A stretch of 61,726 nt of DNA, filler included, from Chiloscyllium plagiosum (Eukaryota), in the NCBI RefSeq assembly GCF_004010195.1. It is 4 parts of one record of this genome, joined end to end, with 100 filler letters (N's around TTAATTAATTAA, not from the genome) between each part and the next. Parts side by side here need not be neighbours in the genome. Positions count along the whole stretch, not along the records: positions 17,361 to 33,433 come from NC_057715.1; positions 33,534 to 53,003 come from NC_057715.1; 2 more parts are not named here. One strand, written 5' to 3'. Below, one piece after another: positions 25,304-36,659 of the stretch; position 1 is the first letter of the stretch; each line of letters opens with the position of its first letter. A model generated the notes under the pieces. The model saw only the letters and a list, made by a program, of their open reading frames with translations, ran no database searches and was not told the origin of the DNA. The position numbers were made by a program, and so were the translations under genes.

Positions 25304-25960
25304 ACCCAAAGGACGAGCCACACTACCATACATCAAGAACATTTCTGAACTGACAGCCAGAGTACCACGACGACTAGGACTTATAACAGCGCACAAACCA
25401 ACAGCCACTCTCAGACAACAACTCACCAGAACGAAGGACCCGATACCCAGCATGAGCAAAACTAATGTAGTGTACAAAATCCCATGCAAGGACTGCACAA
25501 AACACTATATAGGACAAACAGGAAGACAGCTAACGATCCGCATTCACGAACATCAACTAGCCACGAAACGACACGACCAGCTATCCCTAGTAGCCACACA
25601 CGCAGACAACAAGCAACATGAATTTGACTGGGACAACACTACCATTATAGGGCAAGCCAAACAAAGAACAGCCAGGGAATTTCTAGAAGCATGGCACTCA
25701 TCCACAAACTCCATCAACAAACACATCGACCTGGACCCAATATACCAACCTCTACAGCGGACAGCTGAAACTGACAACCGGAAGCGGCAGGGACAGGCCA
25801 CTATAAATGCCGGAGGAAACACCACAGAAGCGCTTCACAGGAGGCTCCCAAGCACTGAGGATGTCACCTAGACAGGGGATGAAACGTTTGCAACAAAAAC
25901 TTCCAGCTTGGCGAACAGAACCACAGCAACGAGCACCCGAGCTACAAATCTTCTCTCAAA
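25304..25960 (+). mobile_element. Penelope-like element 3' part (GIY-YIG endonuclease) in SCARB1 intron
   Basis: ATLPYIKNISE...NVVYKIPCKDCTKHYIGQTGRQLTIRIHEH...REFLEAWHS open to 25871; hammerhead-like CTGAGGA...GAAACGTT at 25855-25888. Confidence 0.92.
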
Positions 25961-26597
25961 CACTCTTCATAACTCTCTTCACATCTCTCTCTTTCTATTA
26001 TCACAGCCTTTGCATTTTGCTCTGTGCACCCTCACCATTATGATCCTCCTCCCATTGTGCCAACAGTATTTTTAAAAATACTGTTTCCAGTTTCTTTCAC
26101 TTCCAATGAAGAATCACAGTGGACTCAGACGTTTACTCTGTTTCTCGCTCCATAAATTACTTTCAGACTTGTGGAGTTTCGCCAGCTATTTCTGCTTTCA
26201 AATCCTCCAGAAATTTGTGGTTTCAAAATCTGATCTTTTTCCCAATTTAATACCGAGAAATAAAAAAATATGGTCTTAACAGAGTGGTGGGTGATTTTAG
26301 CCTGAGGGTCACCACACCTTGGGTAATGGTCACCTTCATGGTGACCTCCACTGATCGAGGAATTTAATCCGAACTATTGGCATCTCTCTCTGCATCAGAA
26401 ACCAGTCATAATGCAAGCAAGCCAATTGAAATTTGGAAAATATCACTAGTGAAGACTTAATAGGCTGAATGGGCTATTCGTGTTGGATCTTTCTACAGAC
26501 CTGACCTTTCGTTCTGTTCAGAGTTTATTCAGAGCCATTTGAGTACGGAAAGAAATTCATTAAAATTACTAATATATCTTTATTTTTAATTAAACAG

Positions 26598-26764
26598 AAC
26601 ATTGGAACTAGTGTTTCAGAAATCTGGTTGGACTTTAGATATACCTTCTTACCACTATGTTGCCCCAAAGACCATGTTTGCAAATGGGACTGTGTATCCT
26701 CCCAACAAAGGCTTCTGTCCATGCAGAGAGTCTGGAGTTCTGAATGTCAGTACATGCAGACACA
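26598..26764 (+). CDS. scarb1: Scavenger receptor class B member 1, internal exon (equivalent to human exon 7)
   Basis: taaacag|AACATTG...CACA|gtgagt; 167 bp, phase 2/1, in frame with previous exon. TLELVFQKSGWTLDIPSYHYVAPKTMFANGTVYPPNKGFCPCRESGVLNVSTCRH contains the SR-B1 GFCPC motif. Confidence 0.95.
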
Positions 26765-26804
26765 GTGAGTATCTGAACTCCTTTTATACTCAATCCTTTC
26801 AAGT

Positions 26805-27636
26805 CTAATAGTACATATCTCGGTCGTCTCTACAATATTCACCTTTTTCCTGAGTGAAAACCGATGAGAAATGTTTGTTTAGCACCCCTCCGATCTCCAC
26901 GGGGTCCACGCTCAACTTCCCACTTCTGTCTTTGGCCCTATTCCTACCTTTTGTCATCCGTTTATTCCTCACATGTCTATAGAAAGCTTTAGGGTTCTCC
27001 TTTATTCTACCTGCTAAAGAATGCTCATGTCCTCTCTTTGCTCCTCTTAACACTCTCTTTAAATCCTTCCTAGCTAATCTGGAACACTCCATCGCCTTAT
27101 CTGAACCATCCCATCTCAACTTCACATAAGCCTCCCTCTTCCGCTTAATGAGATACAATTTCTGTAGTAAACCAAGGTTCCGTTACCTTATCACTTCCTC
27201 CCTGTCTGACAGGGACATACCTATCAAACACATGTAATATCTGTTCCTTAATCCAGCTCCACATTTCAATTTTCCCCATTCTATGCCTCCAAAGTCTTGT
27301 CTAATTGCATTATAATTGCCCTTACCCCATCGATAACTCTTGACCTGTGGCACGTACCTATCCCTTTCCATCGCTAAACTAAATGTAACCGAATTATGGT
27401 CACTTTCTCCAATGTCTCACCTACCAGTGAATCAAACACCTGGCCTGGTTCATTACCAAGCACCAGATCCAGTGTGGCCTCCCCTCTTGTCAGGAAACCC
27501 TCCTGTACACATTGGACAAAAACTGATCCATCCGACGTACTAGAGTTATAGCATTTCCTGTCAATGTTGGGAAAGTTAATGTCGCCCATAATGACCACCC
27601 TGTTCCTTTCACTCCTGCCTAGAATCGTTTTGCCAA
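26805..27636 (-). mobile_element. CR1 LINE ORF2 fragment
   Basis: MGDINFPNID, LDLVLGNEPGQ, KENPKAFYRHVRNK. Confidence 0.85.
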
Positions 27637-28136
27637 NNNNNNNNNNNNNNNNNNNNNNNNNNNNNNNNNNNNNNNNNNNNNNNNNNNNNNNNNNNNNNNN
27701 NNNNNNNNNNNNNNNNNNNNNNNNNNNNNNNNNNNNNNNNNNNNNNNNNNNNNNNNNNNNNNNNNNNNNNNNNNNNNNNNNNNNNNNNNNNNNNNNNNNN
27801 NNNNNNNNNNNNNNNNNNNNNNNNNNNNNNNNNNNNNNNNNNNNNNNNNNNNNNNNNNNNNNNNNNNNNNNNNNNNNNNNNNNNNNNNNNNNNNNNNNNN
27901 NNNNNNNNNNNNNNNNNNNNNNNNNNNNNNNNNNNNNNNNNNNNNNNNNNNNNNNNNNNNNNNNNNNNNNNNNNNNNNNNNNNNNNNNNNNNNNNNNNNN
28001 NNNNNNNNNNNNNNNNNNNNNNNNNNNNNNNNNNNNNNNNNNNNNNNNNNNNNNNNNNNNNNNNNNNNNNNNNNNNNNNNNNNNNNNNNNNNNNNNNNNN
28101 NNNNNNNNNNNNNNNNNNNNNNNNNNNNNNNNNNNN
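27637..28136. other. Assembly gap (500 N)
   Basis: Continuous Ns. Confidence 1.
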
Positions 28137-29555
28137 CCGAGCGCCTTCCTGTCTCTCGACCAGGAGAAGGCGTTCGACAGGGTCGATCACGAGTAACTGC
28201 TCGGGACTCTGCGGCATTCGGGTTCAGGACGCCCGCATCCGACCTTTGTACGCCGCCGCAGAGTGTCTGGTTAAAGTTAACGGGTCCCTGACGGCGTCCC
28301 TTCGCTTCGGGAGAGGAGTGCGTCAAGGCTGCCCCCTGTCCGGCCAGCTGTATTCCCTGTGCGTGGAGCCTTTCCTGCGCCTCTTGCAGAGGAGGTTGTC
28401 GGGGCTGGTTCTGCGCGGCGCGGGCACGGCGGTGGTCCTCTCGGCCTACGCCGACGACGTGCTCCTCACTTTCACCGACCCGTCTGTCTTGGGGAGGATG
28501 CGCGAGTGCCAGGCCGTGTACCCGGCAGCGTCTTCTGCCAGGATCAACTGGGCCAGTTACGACTACTGGTCGGTCCGTGGCGGGTGGACTCTCTGCCGGA
28601 GGAGTTCCGGGGCTTCAGCTGGAGTACCACCCATCTCCTCTACCTGGGGGTCTACCTCAGCCCGGCTGAGGAATCCTGGCCGGTGAACTGACAGGAGCTG
28701 GAGGCCAAAGTCTCGGCTTGCCTAGGCCACCTCTTTTCCCTCATCCACGCCTTGGCGTGCCCATTTGCCACCGGGCAGTGGGGATCCCCAGTGGTGGGCT
28801 CTCTACGCGGGAGTCCTGCCCCTTTCTCTTGGGGATCTGGGGTGGAGGGTGCTGCACGCAGCAGTCCCCTGCAACCGCAGATTGCGGTGGTTCACGGACT
28901 CCCAGCCCAATTGCTTGTTCTGTGGCGCTGTGGAGTCTGTGGACCATGTGTATATTGGTGTGGGTGTTTGCACTCCCTTTTTGATTTTCTTAAAAACCTC
29001 CTCCCATGCTTTTGGTTGCACTTCAGTCCCACGCTCCTGATCTTCGGGCACCCGGTACACAGGAAGGAGAGCAAGTCTGAAGACCTCCTCATGGGTCTGC
29101 TCCTGGGCCTGGCCAAACTGGCCATCAACAGGTCCAGGCAGCGGGCCGTGGAGGGGGTCGTTAGGGCCGACTGCCTGCCCCTCTTCCGCGGTTATGTTAG
29201 AGCCCGGGTGTCCTTGGAGAAGGAGCACGCGGTCTCCACCAACACCCAGGAGTTGTTCAGGGAGAGGTGGGCGCCGCAGCGAGTGGAGTACATTATTTCC
29301 CCCTCCAACTCTATTTTGATTCAATCCCTGTCCTCCCCTTCATTGTTTGATGACATAGCATTGCCCTTTGTGGAGGGCACTGCTTGTAACTGGCCACCTG
29401 GGTCTTTCCTTTCTTTCTGGTAGTGGAAATTTGAATAAAGATTCATACACCTTGTGTCTCACACTGTGTCTCTCACCTGCACACGCACAACATTGGTGCT
29501 GGGGAAAAATAAGCACCACTGCAGTTAGGCGGTAGTGTGGGGGGTAAAAAAAAGG
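28137..29555 (+). mobile_element. Tx1-clade (L1-group) non-LTR retrotransposon 3' part, internally deleted
   Basis: LSLDQEKAFDRVDH, GVRQGCPLSG, SAYADDV, zinc-binding WRVLH...CLFCGAVESVDH, LAKLAI; AATAAA at about 29434; GC/CpG-rich. Confidence 0.85.
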
Positions 29556-30934
29556 AGTGTCCAACATCCTAAAAAAAGAAAATAAACAGGGTTTATCACA
29601 CAAGCACTACCGCATTTAGGTGGTAGTGTGGGGTTAAAGAAAAAAAAGACACATAGGAGTGTCAGAGGTTCTGTTCACTGAGAGCTGACTCTGAGGGAGC
29701 TGGATCAATGTCAAGGACTCTCCACATGTAAATAAAAGGCAAGAAGAAAAAATAAACAGGGGTTTTCTCACACTGCATGCACACAACATGAGTGCTGGGG
29801 AAAAAATAAGCACTACTGCAGTTAGACGGTAGTGTGGGGGTAAACAAAAAAAAGAAAAAAGTTAAAAAAGAAAATAAAAAAAGTAAACAGGGGTTTCAGA
29901 GAATCTCCTGACTTCAAAGACTGACTTGGAGCAGGCTGGCCACAGCCAGTGTACTGTGCACATGTAAATAAAGGGTGACCTGGTGATAGGATGTTGGCCT
30001 CTGTGCAGTTATTTCAGGTGAGATATGAGCCACGCAGGTGAGACGTTTATTTTGGGATTATGGTCAGCATGCATTGGTTTGACCAAAAGGTCTGTTTCCA
30101 TGCCATGTGACTCTATGCCCCAGGTAATGTTCTTGGGACCTGGTTTTAAATATGACCACAGCAGATGGTGGAATTTGAATTCAATAAAAGTCTGGAATTA
30201 AGAGTCTATTGATGACCATGAATCCACTGTCAATTGTCAGAAAAACCCATCTGGTTCCCTCAGGACCTTTTAGAGATGCAGTGAATTAAAAAAAAGTATC
30301 AGAAGCAGTTCAGACAAGTTTCAGTAGACATTACCTGAAATGGGCAGGATGACTTGTAGGGAAATGTTAGACAGGCTAGATAAACACCTGTAGATGTTTG
30401 AAGTGGTTTAAAATCTGCTGGTAATTGATTGAAAATTGCAACTTGATTGAAATATATAAGATTCTGACGGGACTTGACAGGATGCATGTGGAAAGAACCT
30501 TTTTTTGTGACCAATTATAGAATAAGAGGTAATTGTTTGAAAGTAATTCACATACAAAGTTAAAAATAAAATTTATGGTTCATGGTAGAGATGAAGAGAA
30601 ATCTTTTCTTGCAGAGGTTGGTGAAATGTTGGGACTCTTCCTTGAAAAACTGATTCTTTGAATATAGTTAAGCCAGACATTCTTGATGAGCACTGGGATG
30701 AAAAGTTATTGGGAATAGGTGGGAATGTGGAGTTATCAGTTTAATATTATCTTATTGAATGGGTGGGGGGGCAGGGAGGCTAATGGCAAAGTCCTGCTCT
30801 TATTTTTTGCGTTCACATTATTGCCTGGAAGGCAATGTTCTATAACTGTTGTAATTTTCAATTAGTAATTTGTTGGATTCAATGCGTTACTGGAAAATTT
30901 GACCTGTGCTCAGGTATAACATTAATATTGTGAA

Positions 30935-33900
30935 TAGAAACATATAAAATAGGAGCAGGAGGAGGCTTCTTAACCCTTCAAGCCTGCTCTGCCATTCATC
31001 ATGATCCTGGCTGATAGTCCAACTCAATAGCCTAATCTTGCTTTCTCCCTGTAACCTTTGATCCTATTTGCTCCCAAGTGCTATATCCAATATTTTGGCA
31101 TCAACTATTTCCAGTGATAATGAATTCCACAGGCTCACCACATTTTGGGTGAAGAAATGTATCCTGATTGCCCTCCTAAATGGTCCATCCCAAATCCTGA
31201 CATTGTGACCCCTGGTTCTGGACACATCCACCATCAGGAGCATTCTCCCTGCACATACCCTGTCTCGTCCTGTTAAGATTTTATAATTCTCTATGAAATG
31301 CCCCTTCATTTGTCTGAACTCCAGCAAAATTATCCTAACCTAGTCAATCCCTCTTCATACGTCAGTCCTGCCAGCCCCCAGAATCAACCTAGTAAACCTT
31401 TGCTGCACTCCCTCGAGAGCAAGAGCATCCTTCCTCAGAAAAGGAGACCAAAACTGCAAAGAGTATTCTAGGTGTGGTTTCACCAAAGCCCTGCATAACT
31501 GTAACAACACATCCCTGCTCCTGTACTCGAAAACTCTTGCAATGAAGGCCAACATTCTTTACCGCCTGCTGCACCTGCATGCTCACCTTCAGCAATTGGT
31601 GCACAAAGACACCCAAATCTCACTGCACACTCTCCTCTCCCAATGTATAGTCATTCATGTAGCAATCTGCCTTCTTGGTTTTGCTTCCAAAGCGAATAAC
31701 CTCACATTTATCCAAATTATAGTGCATCTTTCATTGATTTCCCCACTCATCCAGATCATGTTGAAGGATCTCTGCATCCTCGTCACAATTCACACTTCTA
31801 TTCAACTCTGTATCATCTGCAAACTTTGAGATGTTACATTTTGATCCCTCATCCAAATCATTAAAAAATATATTGTGAATAGCTGGGGTCTCAGCACTGA
31901 ACCCCATGACACCACACTAGTTACAGAAAGGACACATTAATTCCTATTGTTTCCTCTGCCAACTAGTTTTCTATCCATCTCAAATCACTTCCCCCAAACC
32001 AATGCACTTTACTCTTGCACAATAATCTCTTATGTGGGACTTTGTCAAATGCTTCATGAAAGTCTAAATATATCACATTGACTGCCCCTCCCCCCAAATT
32101 TACTTGTTACGTCTTCATAGAAGATGGCGGCACAGCGGCTCAATGGTTAGCACTGCTGCCTCACAGCACCAGGGTCTCAGGTTCGATTCCAGCCTCTGGA
32201 GACTGTCTGTGTGGAGTTTGCACATTCTCCCCGTGTCTGCGTGCGTTTTCTCTGGGTGCTTCGGTTTCCTCCCACAGTCCAAAAATGTGCAGATCAGGTA
32301 AATTGGCCATGCTAAATTGCCCATGGGTTAGGTGCGTTAGTCAGAGGGTAATGCGTCTGGGTGGGTTATTCTTCGGTGGGTCGGTGTGGACTTGGGCCAA
32401 AGGGCCTGTTTCCACACTGTAGGGAATCTATATCAAAATCAGAATTCCAACAGATTTGTCAAGCATGATTTCCCCTTCATAAATCCATGCTGACTCTGCC
32501 TGATCCTGCCATTGCTTTCTAAATGCTCCACGATAAAGTCTGGTTCGGTTTTAAGACAGTGGTTAATGAGGCAGGTTGCTTTGGTGGTTAGGAAACTGAG
32601 CTTTAATGCATTTTGAACATAGGAACAGGAGTAGGCCTTTTATATCCTTGAGTCTGTCTGGCCATTCAGTGAGTTCTTTGCTGATGTAGGCCTAACTCTA
32701 TATACTTGTTTTTGGCCCAAATACTTTAATTCCTTAGTTTAACAAAAATGTATGAATCTCAGATTTAAAATTAACAACTGATACAGCATCGATTGCCATT
32801 TATGAAAATGAGTTCCAAACCTCTATCTTCATTTGTATGTAGAAGTGCTTCTTCACATCTGTCCTGACCTTAATTCTCAGACAATGTCCCCTAATTTTAG
32901 AAGGTCCAACCAGTGGAAATAGATCATCTTCATCTATCCTGTCCTTTCTTGATAAAAGATGAATACTTCAATCAGATCATCTCTTAACCATCTGAATTCG
33001 AGAAAACAGGCCCGATTTGTATAATAACTCCGCGTTACTTAACCACAGAAGTCCAGGTATCAGTCCTGTAAACCTATGTTGTACTCCAAGGCCAATGCAT
33101 CCTTCGTAAGGTATGGTGCTCAAATCTGCTCACAGTGCTTCAAGTGGGATCCAAACATGGTTTTGTATAACTGCAGCGCAACTGTAGCATAACATCCTTG
33201 AACTCCAGTTTTCTCAATATAAAAGCCATAAGACCATAAGACATAGGAGCGGAAGTAAGGCCATTCGGCCCATCGGGTCCACTCCGCCATTCAATCATGG
33301 CTGATGGGCATTTCAACTCCACTTACCTGCATTCTCCCCGTAGCCCTTAATTCCTTGTGACATCAAGAATTTAGCAATTTCTGCCTTGAAGACATTTAGT
33401 GTTCCAGCCTCCACTGCACTCTGTGGCAATGAANNNNNNNNNNNNNNNNNNNNNNNNNNNNNNNNNNNNNNNNNNNNTTAATTAATTAANNNNNNNNNNN
33501 NNNNNNNNNNNNNNNNNNNNNNNNNNNNNNNNNTGTTGTTTGTTTCTTATGTATTGAAAGAACTTTTACTATCATTTCTAATATTACTGGCTAGCCTACC
33601 TTCATATTTGATCCTCTCCTTCCTTATTTCTCTCTTTGTTATCCTCTGTTTGTTTTTGTAGCCTTCCCAATCTTCTGATTTCCCAGTGCTCTTGGCCACT
33701 TTATAGGATCTCTCTTTTTCTTTGATAGATTTCCTGACTTCCTTTGTCAGTCATGGGTGTCTAATCCCTCCCCGGATAATCTTTCTCTTCTTGGGGATGA
33801 ACCTCTGTACAGTGTCCTCAATTCTACCCACAAACTCCTGCCATCTTTGCTCTACTGTCTTCCCTACTAGGCTCTGCTTCCAATCTATTTTCGTCAGTTC

Positions 33901-34000
33901 CTCTCTCATGCCCTCATAATTACCTTTATTTAACTGTAACACCATTACATCCGATTTTGCCTTCTCTCTTTCAAACTGCAGACTGAACTCTACCATATTA
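30935..34000 (-). mobile_element. Stack of CR1 fragments (RT and 3' ends), with a SINE and a linker gap inside
   Basis: RALVKPHLEYSLQFWSP, FFTQNVVSLWNSL, LNKGNYEGMREELTKIDW; several 3' ends. Confidence 0.8.
32125..32430 (+). mobile_element. V-SINE (HE1-like), full length
   Basis: GGCGGCACAGCGGCTCAATGGTTAGC head, GGTTCGATTCC B-box, V core, CR1-like tail. Confidence 0.9.
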
Positions 34001-35143
34001 TTCCAGCCAGCATTCCATCAACTTTCTTGATTATTTTCTGCACCTGTTTATGATATTTTAAAAATCTATGCACTTGGAACCCCACGTCTCTTTCGATATG
34101 CAGTGTGTTTAACTTGAAGACAAGGTTTGGTCTTTCCAGTACTTAAGTAAAAGAAATTTCTGCTCAAGTTGAACATCGATTCTGTCCTGGAAATATTTCA
34201 CTATTCTCTCAACTTTGCTGCTTTAAAATCCTAGAATTCTCTACCTAACAGCACTATAGATGTACATGCAACACACAGACTGATGGACTTCCAGAAGATA
34301 AATTATCATCATCTTCTCGGGCATGATGGGGTGGGCAATAAATTTTGTTTTTAATACCAACACCATATATTTCCTCCAGTGTGGTAAGTAATTGACAGTG
34401 GGGGATTTAATGGAGTTGGGACTGAAGTGGATAGGATCCTGTTTTATGGTTAATAGATTAAGGTTAGGATCCTGATGTTGTGATTTCTAATGACACTGTC
34501 AAGGAACAGCATGCACATAATAAATAGGAAAGAGCCAAGGACAGATTTTTGCAGAACACCAGAAGTAACGATTTAGGAGTCAGAAGAGAAGTTATCGCAG
34601 ATGATTCTCTGAATGAGAATAAGTATATTGTTTTTACTATGTTGAAGCCCAAATCATCTACAGACAACCTGCAAACAAACATAGGAAATGTTGGAGGAAC
34701 TCAGCAGAGATAATACCCTATCACTCTTTCACCATAACTAACAACTCCTTTATTTTTTGCACTGGGTCTTCACACCATCTGTTCTCCTCTCTCTCTCTGC
34801 CACTTTTGTTAGAAGCATAAAAAACACATTTTCAAGCCCTTTCAGTTCTGAAGAAGAATGATACTGGACTTGAACGATATCTGTATTTCTCTCTCCGCAG
34901 ATGGTGTGTGACTTACTGTGTTTTTCCAGCATTTTCTACTTTTGCATTATTTATCCAAGAACAAAAATGGACACAAATGGATCCCTGGGATAAATCACCT
35001 AACATTTTGCTTAACAACTTTCTCCTGGTGGAAACTGACTTGCAGTTCCCCTTAGTCCAACTTTCTCAGTTTTCTTACAAGCCTCTGATGGGAAATTTTA
35101 AATCAATAATTATAAACATAGAAATGTAAAATCACACATTCTC

Positions 35144-35149
35144 TTTATT
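35144..35149 (-). promoter_or_regulatory. Candidate polyadenylation signal of the nucleoside hydrolase gene
   Basis: AATAAA on - strand followed by T/GT-rich sequence; an alternative AATAAA lies at 36038-36043. Confidence 0.3.
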
Positions 35150-36311
35150 GAATTGGTCATTTATCAAAAGAAAACTTTTAAACGTAACTTGCTTTCATAG
35201 TATTTTGTTAACTGTTCCCATTAATCAATCAATTTTCAAATGCTATTTAATTTTATCTAAAATCAGGGATTTTAAGAGTTGACGCATACCTGGCATTAAT
35301 TTAAATGATCCATAGTTATTTATAATTCTGTGCCTTCTTGAATAGTTATACCATCAAATACAGCTGGAACTATATCACAATGCCATTAATTGAGAGTAAG
35401 TGCAGCAATATAATATCACATTCAAATAAAACATAAAACTGTGGATGCTGGAGAACTGAAACAAAAACAGAAATTGCTAATGAAACTCATCAGATTTGGT
35501 GGCATTTAAGGGAGAAGTCAGAGTTCACATTTTGAGTCCAGTGACTCTTTATCAGATGAAGAGTCTGTTTTTTTTAATATAATATCATAATCTGCACCTT
35601 CTTAAAGTGTAATTTTCATTTGAAATGCAACACATTAATCCTGGAAATTTAGTGCATTTTGAAGATAAGGTGCTCCTTAAACTTATCTCTTTGGCTAAGC
35701 TTTTAGTCACCTTTCTTAATTCATCCTTCTTTCACTAAATGTCAGTTTCTTTTGTCTTATGTTTTTGTGAAAGATTGTGACATTTTTCTGCATCAAAGTG
35801 CTTTATAAGTACAAGTTATATTGTTGCTGTTATGCTACCTTTTACCTCTACTCACTGAGTCAGTTAGTAAAGGTAGCATGTCACATTTCTTCCCTAGGCT
35901 GAAACAGTTTAAGTTGCAGTAAAATTATGATAATTCTCTTTGAGAAGGAAGAGAAATGTAATGGAATTTTCTGATCCTTGTCAGTATCCAGTCACAAAGC
36001 TTGGTGGGGCCTATGTGTACAAATTGTGCACACTTAATTTATTTATGTTGCCACTCTGAGCAATAAACATCTGCATTCATACATGTTGAATAAAAAAACT
36101 TGGAAGAGAAGTAAGAGGTATATAGTTCGCCTTTAACCTTGCTGAGTTCCTTCAGAAATATTGAAAGGGGCAGGGAAATGAATAAGTAAAAGAAACACGC
36201 TAGCAAATTAGTAACAAATAGGAAGGTAGCTTGCGACCAACATTTTATACTTTCTAGAAAGTCTACTGATATCTGTGTTCAACTTTCCTTTTGCTATCAC
36301 TATTGAACCCA

Positions 36312-36659
36312 CTATTTCAGGGCAGACATCATCAGCTGCTTAACCTTTTCAACATCACATTTTGTCATAATAAAAGCTTGATTTTCTTTTTGCAGTATGT
36401 TAAGTGTATCCACAATCATCATCCCTCTGGTTACTGAACCTTGTAACTCCACGCTCACTCCATATCGTATGTATTCAGTAACAATACTCTCATCAATAGC
36501 AGCTGCCACTGCAAAAGAATCACAGGACAGAAAGCCAGGTCCGAAATACATCTCTCTATCACCTTGCTTGCCTTTGGAAAATTTTTCAGTGTGCGCAGTT
36601 ATCTTCTTCATGAAGCAAGCTTTCTCAGTGCCTTGGTTTACCCACTCCTTAAAAAACTC
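36312..36659 (-). CDS. Nucleoside hydrolase last coding exon (5)
   Basis: ttgcag|GAG...AAA TAG; EFFKEWVNQGTEKACFM...GFLSCDSFAVAAAID...VELQGSVTRGMMIVD...SALK*. Confidence 0.95.
   Translation of the reverse strand, partial: EFFKEWVNQGTEKACFMKKITAHTEKFSKGKQGDREMYFGPGFLSCDSFAVAAAIDESIVTEYIRYGVSVELQGSVTRGMMIVDTLNILQKENQAFIMTKCDVEKVKQLMMSALK

Noticed and set aside
25152..25871. 239-aa ORF as a host gene
   Set aside because: Penelope GIY-YIG fragment preceded by chance open intronic sequence.
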